DNA of 64,000 nucleotides from an uncultured Candidatus Saccharibacteria bacterium (lineage in GTDB: Bacteria > Patescibacteriota > Minisyncoccia > Phycocordibacterales > DAORIS01): NCBI GenBank assembly GCA_964644035.1, contig CAZXUH010000001.1, forward strand, positions 3,712 to 67,711, read 5' to 3'. Both the position numbers and the translations under genes were made by a program. Below the pieces are notes generated by a model, which was given only the letters and a program-made list of their open reading frames with translations, was not told the origin of the DNA and searched no databases. Below are positions 29,266 through 39,339 of the stretch, in pieces. The number at the start of each line of letters is the position of its first letter. The stretch's first letter is position 1.

Positions 29266-29404
29266 TGGTTTGTTTTTTACTAATTGTGTATACTTCACCC
29301 TGAAGCAGGTAAGGTTGTTTTTATTGTCCGTCGCCGGTCGCACTCACATATTTACATTTGTAGGAGCTAGCCCCGACGACGGACACTGGACGGAACCGAT
29401 ATAT

Positions 29405-30430
29405 ATGAAAATAGAAAGAGATGTTTCTCTAGCCTCTAAAACCACATTTAAGATAGGTGGCATTGCCAAGCAATACGTAGAAGTCGCAACACTCGAAGAA
29501 TTGCGAGCGGCATTTGCGTATGCGCACATGGGCAGTCTGCCGGTGTTTATGCTTGGTGGTGGATCCAATATTTTGATTTCTGATGCTGGATTTTCGGGAT
29601 TGGTCATCAAAAATAACATAAAGGGAATCTCTTGGAAAGAATTTCCTAAGACGGTCGACTGCGTGGCTTCAGCAGGTGAGAATTGGGATGATGTTGTGTC
29701 TCAAGCAGTGCAAAAAGGATTGCAAGGTATAGAAAATCTTTCTCTTGTGCCTGGATCGGTTGGAGGAGCGATCGTTCAAAATATTGGAGCATATGGCAGT
29801 GAGATCAAAGACGTCGTGCAATGGGTTGACGTGCTCGATACTAGGACAGGGCAGATAGAGAGAGTGGGACTTAAGGATTGTCAGTTTGAGTATAGAAACA
29901 GTTTTTTCAAAAGTCCTGCAGCAAAACATTTTATTGTTGTCAGTGCGACGCTCCGACTTGAGCGCGAGGGCAAGCCAAAACTTGTCTACAAAGATTTGAT
30001 CGACTATTTTGCAAAAAGAAATATAAGCACTCCTACTGTTGCTCAAGTACGCGATGCGGTGGTTGATATACGTACATCCAAACTACCTGATTTTTCAAAA
30101 GTCGGAACAGCAGGCTCTTTTTTCAAAAATCAGATCATTACAAAAGGCGAATATGAAGTATTGAAGAAAAAGTATCCTGAAATACCCTTTTTTGAAGTCG
30201 ATGAAGAGCATGTAAAGGTGCCTTTGGCTTGGATTATCGACAAAGTGTGCAATCTTAAAGGATATAAGCAGGGAAATGTCGGTATATATGAGAAACAGGC
30301 TGTGGTACTGGTAAATTATGGCAATGCGACTCAAAAAGACATAGATCTACTGGCTGGATATGTTGCTAGAAGCGTTTTTGAGAAAACAGGCCTGACTATA
30401 GAAAGAGAGGTCGAAAGTGTGCTAGGATAG
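29405..30430 (+). CDS. murB: UDP-N-acetylenolpyruvoylglucosamine reductase
   Basis: TFKIGG.A, LGGGSN, ENLSLVPGSVGGA..QNIGAYG, GTAGSFFKN. Confidence 0.95.
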   Translation: MKIERDVSLASKTTFKIGGIAKQYVEVATLEELRAAFAYAHMGSLPVFMLGGGSNILISDAGFSGLVIKNNIKGISWKEFPKTVDCVASAGENWDDVVSQAVQKGLQGIENLSLVPGSVGGAIVQNIGAYGSEIKDVVQWVDVLDTRTGQIERVGLKDCQFEYRNSFFKSPAAKHFIVVSATLRLEREGKPKLVYKDLIDYFAKRNISTPTVAQVRDAVVDIRTSKLPDFSKVGTAGSFFKNQIITKGEYEVLKKKYPEIPFFEVDEEHVKVPLAWIIDKVCNLKGYKQGNVGIYEKQAVVLVNYGNATQKDIDLLAGYVARSVFEKTGLTIEREVESVLG

Positions 30431-30434
30431 CCCT

Positions 30435-32957
30435 ATGTTGTCATTTTTTAGCCAACCGGAAAAGCGCATTTTGTCCAAACACAAGGGCAAAATAGCCGCT
30501 ATAAACAACCTAGAACAGAAATACGCAGCTCTTAGCGATACAGACCTAGCGGCACAAACTTCTTCACTCAAGCAGTCTCTTTCTGCTGGCAAGACTCTCG
30601 ATGATATTCTGCCCGAGGCTTTTGCACTTGTAAGAGAAGCTTCGAAGCGCACACTCGGTCAGCGACATTACGATGTACAGCTTGTCGGAGGTATGGTGCT
30701 TCACGGAGGTTCTATTTCTGAAATGAAAACCGGAGAAGGAAAAACTCTGGTTGCAACCTTGCCTGCATATCTCAATGCTCTCACTGGCAAAGGCGTGCAT
30801 ATCGTGACCGTCAACGATTATCTTTCACGACGAGATGCGGTATGGATGGGACAAGTTTTTGCATTGCTCGGGCTATCTGTGGGTGTTATCAATACCGACG
30901 GTTCATACTTGTACGATTCAAATCATAAAGAAGAAGATACAAAGCGCGATGAAGTTGCTTCATTTAAGATTGTTTATGATTTCTTAAGACCAAGTACGCG
31001 CAAGGAAGCCTATGGAGCTGATATTACGTACGGTACCAACAATGAATTTGGCTTCGATTACCTTCGAGACAATATTGAATACGATCCCAACAATCTTCGT
31101 CAGCGCGAACACAACTATGCGATTGTCGATGAAATAGACTCGATTCTTATCGATGAAGCGCGCACGCCGCTCATTATTTCTTCACCAACAGTCGAGTCAG
31201 AAAATCTCTACGCTCTTTTTTCAGGTATCGCTGAAAAACTCAAAGAGGGCGATCACTACACTGTTGATGAAAAATTCAGGCAGATACAACTCTCCGATGC
31301 CGGTATCGAGGCGGCCGAGAAAATGCTCAATGTCGACAATATTTATACCGAAAAGGGTATTAAGTATGTGCATCATCTTGAAACAGCAGTTAGGGCCAAG
31401 GCGCTGTATAAAAAAGAAAAAGAATATGTCGTGCGCGATGGTGAGGTGATCATTGTCGATGAATTTACTGGTCGCATGCAGCCAGGCCGACGCTGGTCAG
31501 AAGGTCTTCATCAGGCTATCGAAGCCAAAGAAGGTGTTTCCGTGCAGAAAGAATCCCGCACCTTTGCTTCTATTACCTTTCAAAACTATTTCCGTCTCTA
31601 CAAAAAACTTTCGGGTATGACGGGTACTGCCGCAACCTCCAAAGAAGAATTCTTCAAAGTCTACAATCTCGATACCATGGTCATTCCGACCAATAAACCA
31701 GTAGTTCGCAAAGATGCCAACGATCTTATTTTCCAGACAGAAAATGGCAAATTTACTGCAGCAGCAAATAAAGTAAAAGAACTTCATATCAAAGGTCAGC
31801 CAGTGCTTGTCGGTACAGTGTCTATCGAACGCAATGAAGTTCTTTCTGACTATCTCAAACGTATTGGCGTGCCGCACCAAGTACTCAATGCTAAGAATCA
31901 CGAACGTGAAGGAGAAATTATTGCCGAAGCTGGCAAAAAGGGTGCAGTGACGATCGCTACCAACATGGCCGGTCGAGGAGTTGATATTAAGCTTGGAGGT
32001 GTCGGAGCAAGCAAAGAACAATATGAAGAAATAAAAGCTCTTGGAGGTCTCTTCGTGCTCGGTACCGAAAGGCATGAAGCTAGGCGTATCGACAACCAGC
32101 TTCGAGGACGTTCAGGAAGACAAGGAGATCCTGGCGAGACACAATTCTTCGTTTCTCTTGGCGATTCACTCATGCGTATTTTTGCGTCTGATCTTGTGAA
32201 GCGCATGATGGGCAAGATAGGAATGCGTGAGGATGAACCAATTGAAAACTTTCTCCTCTCACGCGGACTTGAGTCTGCGCAATCTAAGATTGAAGGTATA
32301 CATTTTGATTCTCGAAAACACACGCTCCAATATGATGATGTCATGAACTATCAGCGCGGTATTGTCTATACTCGCCGCAGAAAACTATTGCTCGGCCAAG
32401 GCAACGATCTCAAAGAACTGCTCGATGAAGTGCTCACTCTTGAACATGCAGATGATTCTATAAAGGAAGTAATAGAAAAGAAAAAGAAAGAACTCGGCGA
32501 AGAAGAATTCAACAAAGTCGTCCGACGTCTCATGCTCCAGACGATTGATATGTTCTGGATCGATCATCTCGAACAGATGGATTATCTTCGAAGCTCGGTC
32601 AATCTTCGTGCGTACGGTCAGCGTGATCCGCTTGTCGAATACAAGAGAGAAGGTCTCGGTCTTTTCAAGGCTATGCAACAGGCAATCAATGACCAAGTAA
32701 TGGCTCTTATTCCAAATATCCAGTCAGATGCATTTGTCGCTGAACAAAGGGAAATGGAACGCGTTCAGGCCAATGCCCAGCTTATCGGCGCTTCGACATC
32801 GGTCCAAGGTCAGACTGTGGTGCTTCGCGGCGAAACTCCACATGGAGAGAAAACCGGCCGCAATGAAAAAATAACCATTACCAAAGGTCAGGAGAAAAAA
32901 GAAATCAAGTTTAAACAGCTTGAGCAGTATCAAAAGGAAGGTTGGAAAGCTGCATAG
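30435..32957 (+). CDS. secA: Preprotein translocase ATPase SecA
   Basis: MKTGEGKT, VDEIDSILIDEARTPLIIS, ATNMAGRG, QLRGRSGRQGDPG. Confidence 0.98.
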   Translation: MLSFFSQPEKRILSKHKGKIAAINNLEQKYAALSDTDLAAQTSSLKQSLSAGKTLDDILPEAFALVREASKRTLGQRHYDVQLVGGMVLHGGSISEMKTGEGKTLVATLPAYLNALTGKGVHIVTVNDYLSRRDAVWMGQVFALLGLSVGVINTDGSYLYDSNHKEEDTKRDEVASFKIVYDFLRPSTRKEAYGADITYGTNNEFGFDYLRDNIEYDPNNLRQREHNYAIVDEIDSILIDEARTPLIISSPTVESENLYALFSGIAEKLKEGDHYTVDEKFRQIQLSDAGIEAAEKMLNVDNIYTEKGIKYVHHLETAVRAKALYKKEKEYVVRDGEVIIVDEFTGRMQPGRRWSEGLHQAIEAKEGVSVQKESRTFASITFQNYFRLYKKLSGMTGTAATSKEEFFKVYNLDTMVIPTNKPVVRKDANDLIFQTENGKFTAAANKVKELHIKGQPVLVGTVSIERNEVLSDYLKRIGVPHQVLNAKNHEREGEIIAEAGKKGAVTIATNMAGRGVDIKLGGVGASKEQYEEIKALGGLFVLGTERHEARRIDNQLRGRSGRQGDPGETQFFVSLGDSLMRIFASDLVKRMMGKIGMREDEPIENFLLSRGLESAQSKIEGIHFDSRKHTLQYDDVMNYQRGIVYTRRRKLLLGQGNDLKELLDEVLTLEHADDSIKEVIEKKKKELGEEEFNKVVRRLMLQTIDMFWIDHLEQMDYLRSSVNLRAYGQRDPLVEYKREGLGLFKAMQQAINDQVMALIPNIQSDAFVAEQREMERVQANAQLIGASTSVQGQTVVLRGETPHGEKTGRNEKITITKGQEKKEIKFKQLEQYQKEGWKAA

Positions 32958-32966
32958 CTTAAATAA

Positions 32967-34049
32967 ATGGAACAAAGCCCAGATCCAATAGTACGTTTTC
33001 ATACGACGACTCAAACGTCTTGGGACGCGATGCTTGATGCTATTCGCAATGCCACAAAAACAATAGAGTTTGAACAATATATTTTCGTCAATGACGTTAT
33101 TGGGAGCAATTTTCTCAAAACGATAGTTAGAAAAGCCGAAGAGGGTGTAAAGATCAAATTGCTTTTTGATATGGTCGGCAGCCTTTCATTTTATTTGTCA
33201 GATTTACCAGAACATCTGAGGGAAAAGGGAATTGAGGTCTTATTTTTCAATCCCATATCTCTGTGGCGTCTTGGCAATATCACGTCGCACTTTTTCAGAG
33301 ACCATAGAAAAATTCTTATCATAGACGGAGTGGTTGGTTTTGTCGGAGGAGTGGGAATTGCCGACTATATGTCGACATGGAGAGATACGATGGTGGAAAT
33401 CCATGGTGAATTTGTCAAAAATATTCAGCTGACGTTCGATACGGTCTGGAAAAGAATACTGACAGGTCTGCATCGACGTTTTAAAAAAGATTTGCTTTTT
33501 CACAAAGATTTCGAAGTACTTATCAATTCTCCGCGTTTCAAGCAGCGATTTTTATATCATGCGTATATCGATCAGATACGCAATGCTGAGAAATATATTT
33601 ATCTTGCTGCACCGTATTTTGTACCTGATCGAAGATTCCTACGTGCTCTTCGAGTAGCTGCGCATAGAGGGGTAGATGTAAGAGTAGTGTTGCCAGAGGT
33701 CTCTGATGCGTATTTTGTCGATTATGTGCAGAGTTGGTACATTACGCGATGCATAAAATCGGGTATTAAAGTCTATGCGTATAAAGGACCTTTTTATCAT
33801 GTCAAAATGGCTGCTATCGATGATGCGTGGGCAACAGTCGGTTCTTCCAATCTCGACAATCTTAGCTTTCTTTTCAATTATGAAATCAATATCGCTTCGT
33901 CCAACCACAGATTTGTCGACTCAGTTAAGCGTGATTTCGAACGTGATATAAGCAATTGCGAGGAGATTTTGCCAGAAAAATGGGATAAACGCTTCTTTAT
34001 CAGAAAAATTCTCGAAGTCCTGACGTGGCCATTTCATAAGATATTCTAA
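32967..34049 (+). CDS. Phospholipase D-family cardiolipin synthase-like protein (ClsB type)
   Basis: Two HxKxxxxD motifs (HRKILIID, HVKMAAID), PYFVP, GSSNLD; no N-terminal TM segment. Confidence 0.87.
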   Translation: MEQSPDPIVRFHTTTQTSWDAMLDAIRNATKTIEFEQYIFVNDVIGSNFLKTIVRKAEEGVKIKLLFDMVGSLSFYLSDLPEHLREKGIEVLFFNPISLWRLGNITSHFFRDHRKILIIDGVVGFVGGVGIADYMSTWRDTMVEIHGEFVKNIQLTFDTVWKRILTGLHRRFKKDLLFHKDFEVLINSPRFKQRFLYHAYIDQIRNAEKYIYLAAPYFVPDRRFLRALRVAAHRGVDVRVVLPEVSDAYFVDYVQSWYITRCIKSGIKVYAYKGPFYHVKMAAIDDAWATVGSSNLDNLSFLFNYEINIASSNHRFVDSVKRDFERDISNCEEILPEKWDKRFFIRKILEVLTWPFHKIF

Positions 34050-34114
34050 CGGTTTCTCCTTAGTGAGTGAGTGTGCTAAAATGCGCTCTGTAATTAAAAT
34101 TATTCAGAGATATT

Positions 34115-35398
34115 ATGGCAACCATTTCAAAGATTCAGGCGCGAGAGATTATTGATTCACGAGGCAATCCGACTGTCGAAGTCGACCTCACCCTTTCAGA
34201 CGGCTCTTTTGGTAGAGCAGCAGTACCGTCGGGTGCTTCGACTGGCTCTCATGAAGCAGTAGAGCTTCGTGATGGCGATAAGCGATACGGCGGCAAGGGT
34301 GTAGAAAAAGCGGTTGCCAATGCAAATACAGAAATTGCCAAGGCGCTTGTCGGAAAAAGTTTTACTCAGCGTGAAATAGACGATGCCATGATCACTCTCG
34401 ATGGTACGGAAAACAAAGGTCGTCTCGGTGCCAATGCGATTCTTGGAGTGTCTCTTGCTTTTGCTCATGCGACCGCTAAGTCTCAAAAGAAACCTCTCTA
34501 TGCTTATTTCAAAGATATTGCTGGCCTAGGCAATGCATATCGCTTGCCAGTACCTATGATGAATGTGCTCAACGGTGGCAAACATGCAGACAATTCGACC
34601 GATCTTCAGGAATTTATGATTATGCCGCTCGGAGCACCATCTTTCAAAGAAGCGCTTCGCTACGGTGCAGAAACATTTCATGCTCTCAAGAAAATTTTGG
34701 CTGCTAGAGGACTCAATACATCGGTAGGTGATGAGGGTGGATATGCACCAGCACTTCCAAACAATGAATCGGCAATCGAAGTTATTCTCGAAGCGATACA
34801 AAAGGCTGGATATACTCCAGGCAAAGATATTTTTATTGCTATCGACGCCGCAGCCAGTGAGCTCTATGAAGGTGGAACATACAATCTCAAAACAGAGAAT
34901 AAAAAACTCTCAAGTAGTGAAATGGTCGAATACTATGCACATTGGTCAAAAAAATATCCAATCGTTTCTATCGAAGATGGACTTTCTGAAGATGATTGGC
35001 AAGGCTATATAGAAATGACAAAAAAGATTGGCGATAAAGTACAGATTGTTGGCGATGATCTTTTTGTCACAAATATAAAACGTCTCAAGCAGGGTATAGA
35101 AAAGAAAGCTGGTAATTCTATCTTGATCAAGCTCAATCAAATCGGCACGGTCTCTGAAACGATCGATTCGATCAAGATGGCAAAAGACGCAGGCCTGACT
35201 TCTATTGTCTCGCACCGATCAGGTGAAACCGAAGACACTACTATTTCTGATTTTGTTGTCGGACTCGGCACTGGTCAGATCAAGACAGGATCGCTTTCAA
35301 GAACCGATCGTCTTGCAAAATACAATCAACTTCTACGAATCGAAGAAGAGCTTGGTAACGATGCAGTATTTCCTGGTATGGATGTGCTCAAGGCCTAG
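34115..35398 (+). CDS. eno: Enolase
   Basis: [42 protein letters not shown]. Confidence 0.98.
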   Translation: MATISKIQAREIIDSRGNPTVEVDLTLSDGSFGRAAVPSGASTGSHEAVELRDGDKRYGGKGVEKAVANANTEIAKALVGKSFTQREIDDAMITLDGTENKGRLGANAILGVSLAFAHATAKSQKKPLYAYFKDIAGLGNAYRLPVPMMNVLNGGKHADNSTDLQEFMIMPLGAPSFKEALRYGAETFHALKKILAARGLNTSVGDEGGYAPALPNNESAIEVILEAIQKAGYTPGKDIFIAIDAAASELYEGGTYNLKTENKKLSSSEMVEYYAHWSKKYPIVSIEDGLSEDDWQGYIEMTKKIGDKVQIVGDDLFVTNIKRLKQGIEKKAGNSILIKLNQIGTVSETIDSIKMAKDAGLTSIVSHRSGETEDTTISDFVVGLGTGQIKTGSLSRTDRLAKYNQLLRIEEELGNDAVFPGMDVLKA

Positions 35399-35688
35399 AG
35401 GCTATTGTGGTAAGACTGGTTGATAACCTTCTTTTCCAGAAGAGTACTATTGAGTGCTGATAGTCCCCGATCAATTTTTTCGAGCATTCTTTCCATGCGC
35501 GGAATCTTTTCAACTTCAATTGCTAGTTTCTTAATATCAGGAAAATCATTTACCACACCTCTCACTTTTAGTGAGTACACTGTGGTTTTGTATGTTACAT
35601 ATATGATGCCAAAAAATAATAAGGAATAAATACCTACTGTTGGGGAAAGCTCATTGAGTTTTTGAAAAATAATCTGGGACATATTCAC
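35395..35688 (-). CDS. Small protein with one TM segment and a coiled-coil-like tail
   Basis: [14 protein letters not shown] then [16 protein letters not shown]; TATGAT 6 nt upstream of the GTG start. Confidence 0.6.
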   Translation of the reverse strand: MNMSQIIFQKLNELSPTVGIYSLLFFGIIYVTYKTTVYSLKVRGVVNDFPDIKKLAIEVEKIPRMERMLEKIDRGLSALNSTLLEKKVINQSYHNSL

Positions 35689-35791
35689 GCACCAATCATA
35701 ACAAAGGGTTTCGTGTCATTTCAAGCAGATGTACATTTCGTCTTCATTATTTCTTTATTCTCATTAAAAAAATGTGATATCATCTCGTGGT

Positions 35792-37312
35792 ATGAAATCT
35801 AGAAAGCAGTCAGCGCTTATTATTCTCGATGGTTGGGGATATCGCGAAGATATTCTTCACAATGCTATTGCGCAGGCCAAAACGCCTGTTTTTGATCGAA
35901 TATGGAAAGAGTATCCTCATACGCTTCTAGAAGCATCAGGACTCGCTGTTGGCTTGCCAGAAGGTCAAATGGGCAATAGCGAGATCGGTCATACAACGAT
36001 CGGTGCTGGTAAGCCGATAGACACCGATTTGGTGCGTATTGCCAAAGCTATTGCCAATGATGAATTTAAAAGCAATCCGGCATTTGTCACTATTTTTGAA
36101 CATGTAAAAAAACACAATTCTTTATTGCACGTTGCTGGTTTGCTTGGTGATGGCGGTGTACATGCTCATAGCGATCATTTGTATGCGTTTCTCAAAGCTG
36201 CAAAAGCCAATGGTATACAAAACGTAGCAATACATATTTTTACCGACGGTCGTGATACTCCTCCACAAAGTGCGGCACGATATATCAAGGATCTTGAGCA
36301 TGTGCTCGAAGAAATAGAAATCGGTTTCATTGCCAGCATTTCTGGACGTTTCTTTGCTATGGATCGCGACAATAACTGGGACAGGTTGAATAAGGTAGAA
36401 AAAGTGCTTTTTCAATGCGAGGGAAATATTTGTCATATCAAAGATACCAAACCTTCTGAGTATGTGCATGCATTGTACGCCGAAGGCAAGCTCGATGAAC
36501 ATCTCGAACCAATCGTTGTAAAACATATTGAAGACAAAACATCCGCAGTCAAAGACAATGATGCTATTTTCTTTTTCAATTTCCGTGCCGATCGAGCTCG
36601 CATGCTTTCAAAAAAACTTATAGAAAAAAGTCAGGCCAACAATGTTGCGTTCGCTACAATGACTTCCTATGGCAGCGAATTCTCAACACTTGTGGCATTT
36701 CCTCAAATTGCCATTGAGACTACTTTGGCCAAAGAAATATCTGCAGCAGGTATGACGCAAGCCCATATTGCCGAGACTGAAAAGTTTCCTCATGCTACGT
36801 ATTTTCTCAATGGAGGCAAAGAAGATCCTTATGATGGTGAAGAACACGTCTTGCTTGCCTCGAGAAAAGATGTAGCAACGCACGATCTTGCTCCCAAAAT
36901 GCGCGCAGAGGCTATAGCAGACGAAGCGATCAAGAGAATACAGTCTGGTACCAATTTTATTTTTATAAATTTCGCCAATCCTGATATGGTCGGTCATACT
37001 GCCAATGTACCGGCAATCGTCGAAGCACTTGAAGAAGTAGATACACAGCTTGGTCGAGTGCTCGATGTGCTTGTGGCCAAAGGGGGAGTAGCGTTTGTCA
37101 CAGCTGATCACGGCAATGCTGAAGTAAATATCGATACATCGACAGGAGCGAAACATACATCGCATACGACCAATCCTGTACCAGCAATTGTTACCGAAAA
37201 AGGTCTCACATTGCTCGATGGTGGCACATTGGCCGATATTGCACCGACAATTTTGGCAATTTTAGGTATTGGCTTACCCAAACAAATGACGGGTAGAAAT
37301 CTGATACAATAG
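35792..37312 (+). CDS. gpmI: 2,3-bisphosphoglycerate-independent phosphoglycerate mutase
   Basis: ILDGWG, GQMGNSEIGH, DGRD, AMDRD, NPDMVGH, TADHGN. Confidence 0.97.
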   Translation: MKSRKQSALIILDGWGYREDILHNAIAQAKTPVFDRIWKEYPHTLLEASGLAVGLPEGQMGNSEIGHTTIGAGKPIDTDLVRIAKAIANDEFKSNPAFVTIFEHVKKHNSLLHVAGLLGDGGVHAHSDHLYAFLKAAKANGIQNVAIHIFTDGRDTPPQSAARYIKDLEHVLEEIEIGFIASISGRFFAMDRDNNWDRLNKVEKVLFQCEGNICHIKDTKPSEYVHALYAEGKLDEHLEPIVVKHIEDKTSAVKDNDAIFFFNFRADRARMLSKKLIEKSQANNVAFATMTSYGSEFSTLVAFPQIAIETTLAKEISAAGMTQAHIAETEKFPHATYFLNGGKEDPYDGEEHVLLASRKDVATHDLAPKMRAEAIADEAIKRIQSGTNFIFINFANPDMVGHTANVPAIVEALEEVDTQLGRVLDVLVAKGGVAFVTADHGNAEVNIDTSTGAKHTSHTTNPVPAIVTEKGLTLLDGGTLADIAPTILAILGIGLPKQMTGRNLIQ

Positions 37313-37319
37313 GACTATT

Positions 37320-38339
37320 ATGATTTCCAATAGATACCAGCATATTTACTTTTTCATATTATTAGTAGCGACGTTTGTGCTTATGTATTTGGTGGTCAGG
37401 CCATATATCGTGGCAATGTTTGTGGCTACGGTCTGTTACGTGATTTTCAAGCAGTATCACGAAAGCATAGAGAGCAAGGTTAAAAGTAGAAATCTGTCTT
37501 CACTCATATCAACGCTTTCTGTCGTGCTCCTTATCATCTTGCCGCTTTTTATTATTAGTATTTTGGTCTTTTATGAAGCGAGGGATTTGTATGCGCATCT
37601 TTCTGTCTCTGACACCTCCTCAGGTATTTTGAGTCGAAGCGTGGCTCGTATCGAAGGAGAACTCCAAGCATATATTCCAGGACTTACGATTGATTTCCAA
37701 ACATATGTCCGAGCAGGTCTCAATGGTCTTATTTCACACACAGGTAGTATTTTCACTGGCTTTGTGAAATTTGCTATTACTCTTGTTCTCATGCTCTTTG
37801 CACTCTTTTATCTTTTCAAGGATGGGAAAAGTTTGCGATCGTATCTTATTCGCATGTCGCCGTTTGATGAACAGGATGATTCAAATATTTTGAGCAGACT
37901 TGAGCTGACGATCAACTCCGTCATTCGTGGCTCACTTATCATTGCTGTCATTCAGGGCGTGCTCACCGGTGTGGGTCTCGCTATCTTCGGTGTCAGTCAG
38001 CCAGTATTGTGGGGCTTGGTAGCGGCTTTTGCATCGCTTATACCAGGCGTTGGTACGGCTATGGTCAGTATTCCAGCAGTTCTATTCTTGATCTTTACAG
38101 GCAATGTATTTGGAGCTATTGGTTACGGCGTGTGGGCAATTCTTGCTATTGGAGGTATAGACAATATCCTTTCGCCACATCTTATAGAACGAAGAGTTAA
38201 GATCCATCCTTTCCTTATTCTTATATCGGTTCTTGGTGGTCTTACATTTTTTGGCCCGATTGGTTTCCTCGCTGGTCCAATCGTCTTGGCATTTACTGTC
38301 GAGCTTTTGAAAATGTATCCTAAGTTTTTGGTTGAATAA
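37320..38339 (+). CDS. AI-2E family transporter
   Basis: Multi-TM protein; IDNILSP, HPFLILISVLGGL..FG..G.LAGP. Confidence 0.88.
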   Translation: MISNRYQHIYFFILLVATFVLMYLVVRPYIVAMFVATVCYVIFKQYHESIESKVKSRNLSSLISTLSVVLLIILPLFIISILVFYEARDLYAHLSVSDTSSGILSRSVARIEGELQAYIPGLTIDFQTYVRAGLNGLISHTGSIFTGFVKFAITLVLMLFALFYLFKDGKSLRSYLIRMSPFDEQDDSNILSRLELTINSVIRGSLIIAVIQGVLTGVGLAIFGVSQPVLWGLVAAFASLIPGVGTAMVSIPAVLFLIFTGNVFGAIGYGVWAILAIGGIDNILSPHLIERRVKIHPFLILISVLGGLTFFGPIGFLAGPIVLAFTVELLKMYPKFLVE

Positions 38340-38345
38340 CAACAT

Positions 38346-39221
38346 ATGGATATTGTCACTCACAATGCCCGTTTCCATGCAGACGATGTCTTTGCGGCTG
38401 CTACTATTCTCGAGCTTCATCCTCGTGCGCACTTGAAGCGTACACGCGAGCAGTCGATTATCGATGCGGCAGATATAGTATTTGATGTTGGTAATGTATA
38501 TGACGTCGACAAAATGCGTTTCGATCATCATCAGGCTGGCGGAGCAGGTAAGAGAGCCAATGATATTCCATACGCCTCTTTTGGTTTGGTTTGGAAAAAG
38601 TTTGGTGAGGAACTCTGTGGTAGCAAGGTGGTAGCCGAAGCCGTCGATAGAAAACTTGTGCAGGCAATCGATGCTATGGACAATGGTATTGATCTCAGCG
38701 ATCCGCGTATAGAAGGGTTGTATCCATATACAATTCAGTCTATTACATTTACTTTTGGAGCAACATGGAAAGAAGATCCCGAACTCAATGATACGGAGTT
38801 TATGGAATTGGTAGGATTTGCTCGAAAAATATTGAAAAGGGAAATAAAGCAGGCACAGGATTTCCTCGAAGCTGAGAAACATGTAAAGGCTGCATACGAT
38901 GAAGCTGATGATAAAAGAATCATTGTGCTTGATAACAATTATCCGTGGCAATCCATTTTGACTCTTTTTTCAGAACCTTTGTATGTCGTCAGACCAAATG
39001 TCCAGACCAAAGATTGGAAAGTCGAAGCAGTGCCGGTCAAAATAATGAATTATGAAAATAGGAAAAAATTGCCCGAATCGTGGGCAGGTAAGCGAGATAA
39101 GGAGCTTGCAGAGGTGACGGGTGTGCCAGATGCACATTTCTGTCACAATGGCCGATTTCTAGCGATTGCGAGAAGTAAGGACGGGGCTTTGAAACTGGCA
39201 AAAATTGCGGTGGTTGCCTAA
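38346..39221 (+). CDS. MYG1 family (DHH-like) exonuclease
   Basis: THNARFHADD, FDVG, FDHHQ, IDAMDNG, LPESWAG, FCHNGRF. Confidence 0.9.
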   Translation: MDIVTHNARFHADDVFAAATILELHPRAHLKRTREQSIIDAADIVFDVGNVYDVDKMRFDHHQAGGAGKRANDIPYASFGLVWKKFGEELCGSKVVAEAVDRKLVQAIDAMDNGIDLSDPRIEGLYPYTIQSITFTFGATWKEDPELNDTEFMELVGFARKILKREIKQAQDFLEAEKHVKAAYDEADDKRIIVLDNNYPWQSILTLFSEPLYVVRPNVQTKDWKVEAVPVKIMNYENRKKLPESWAGKRDKELAEVTGVPDAHFCHNGRFLAIARSKDGALKLAKIAVVA

Positions 39222-39308
39222 CCACTCCTAAATCTAACCCCATCCTAACCCTCCCCTTATTGGGGTGGGGTTTAAACATTAATGTTGTGGCCGAAGGCCG
39301 GGGTGGTT
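39220..39308. repeat. Nested palindromic element
   Basis: Outer AACCACTCC/GGGGTGGTT, inner 13-bp AACCCCATCCTAA/TTGGGGTGGGGTT, plus AACATTAATGTT and GGCC-GAA-GGCC. Confidence 0.55.
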
Positions 39309-39339
39309 TAATGGCTCAACAATATGCTAATATGCGTCC

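Noticed and set aside
29270-29404. N-terminal extensions in the ORF track (murB; also rpoB, csrA, wzm, radC, GT2 10536)
   Set aside because: Extensions lack family similarity and overlap promoters or neighbouring genes; downstream ATGs fit better
38082-38951. 289 aa antisense ORF (and similar shadows such as 31497-32075, 43147-43677, 26-526)
   Set aside because: Lies opposite well-supported genes, has no motifs or expression signals; shadow ORF
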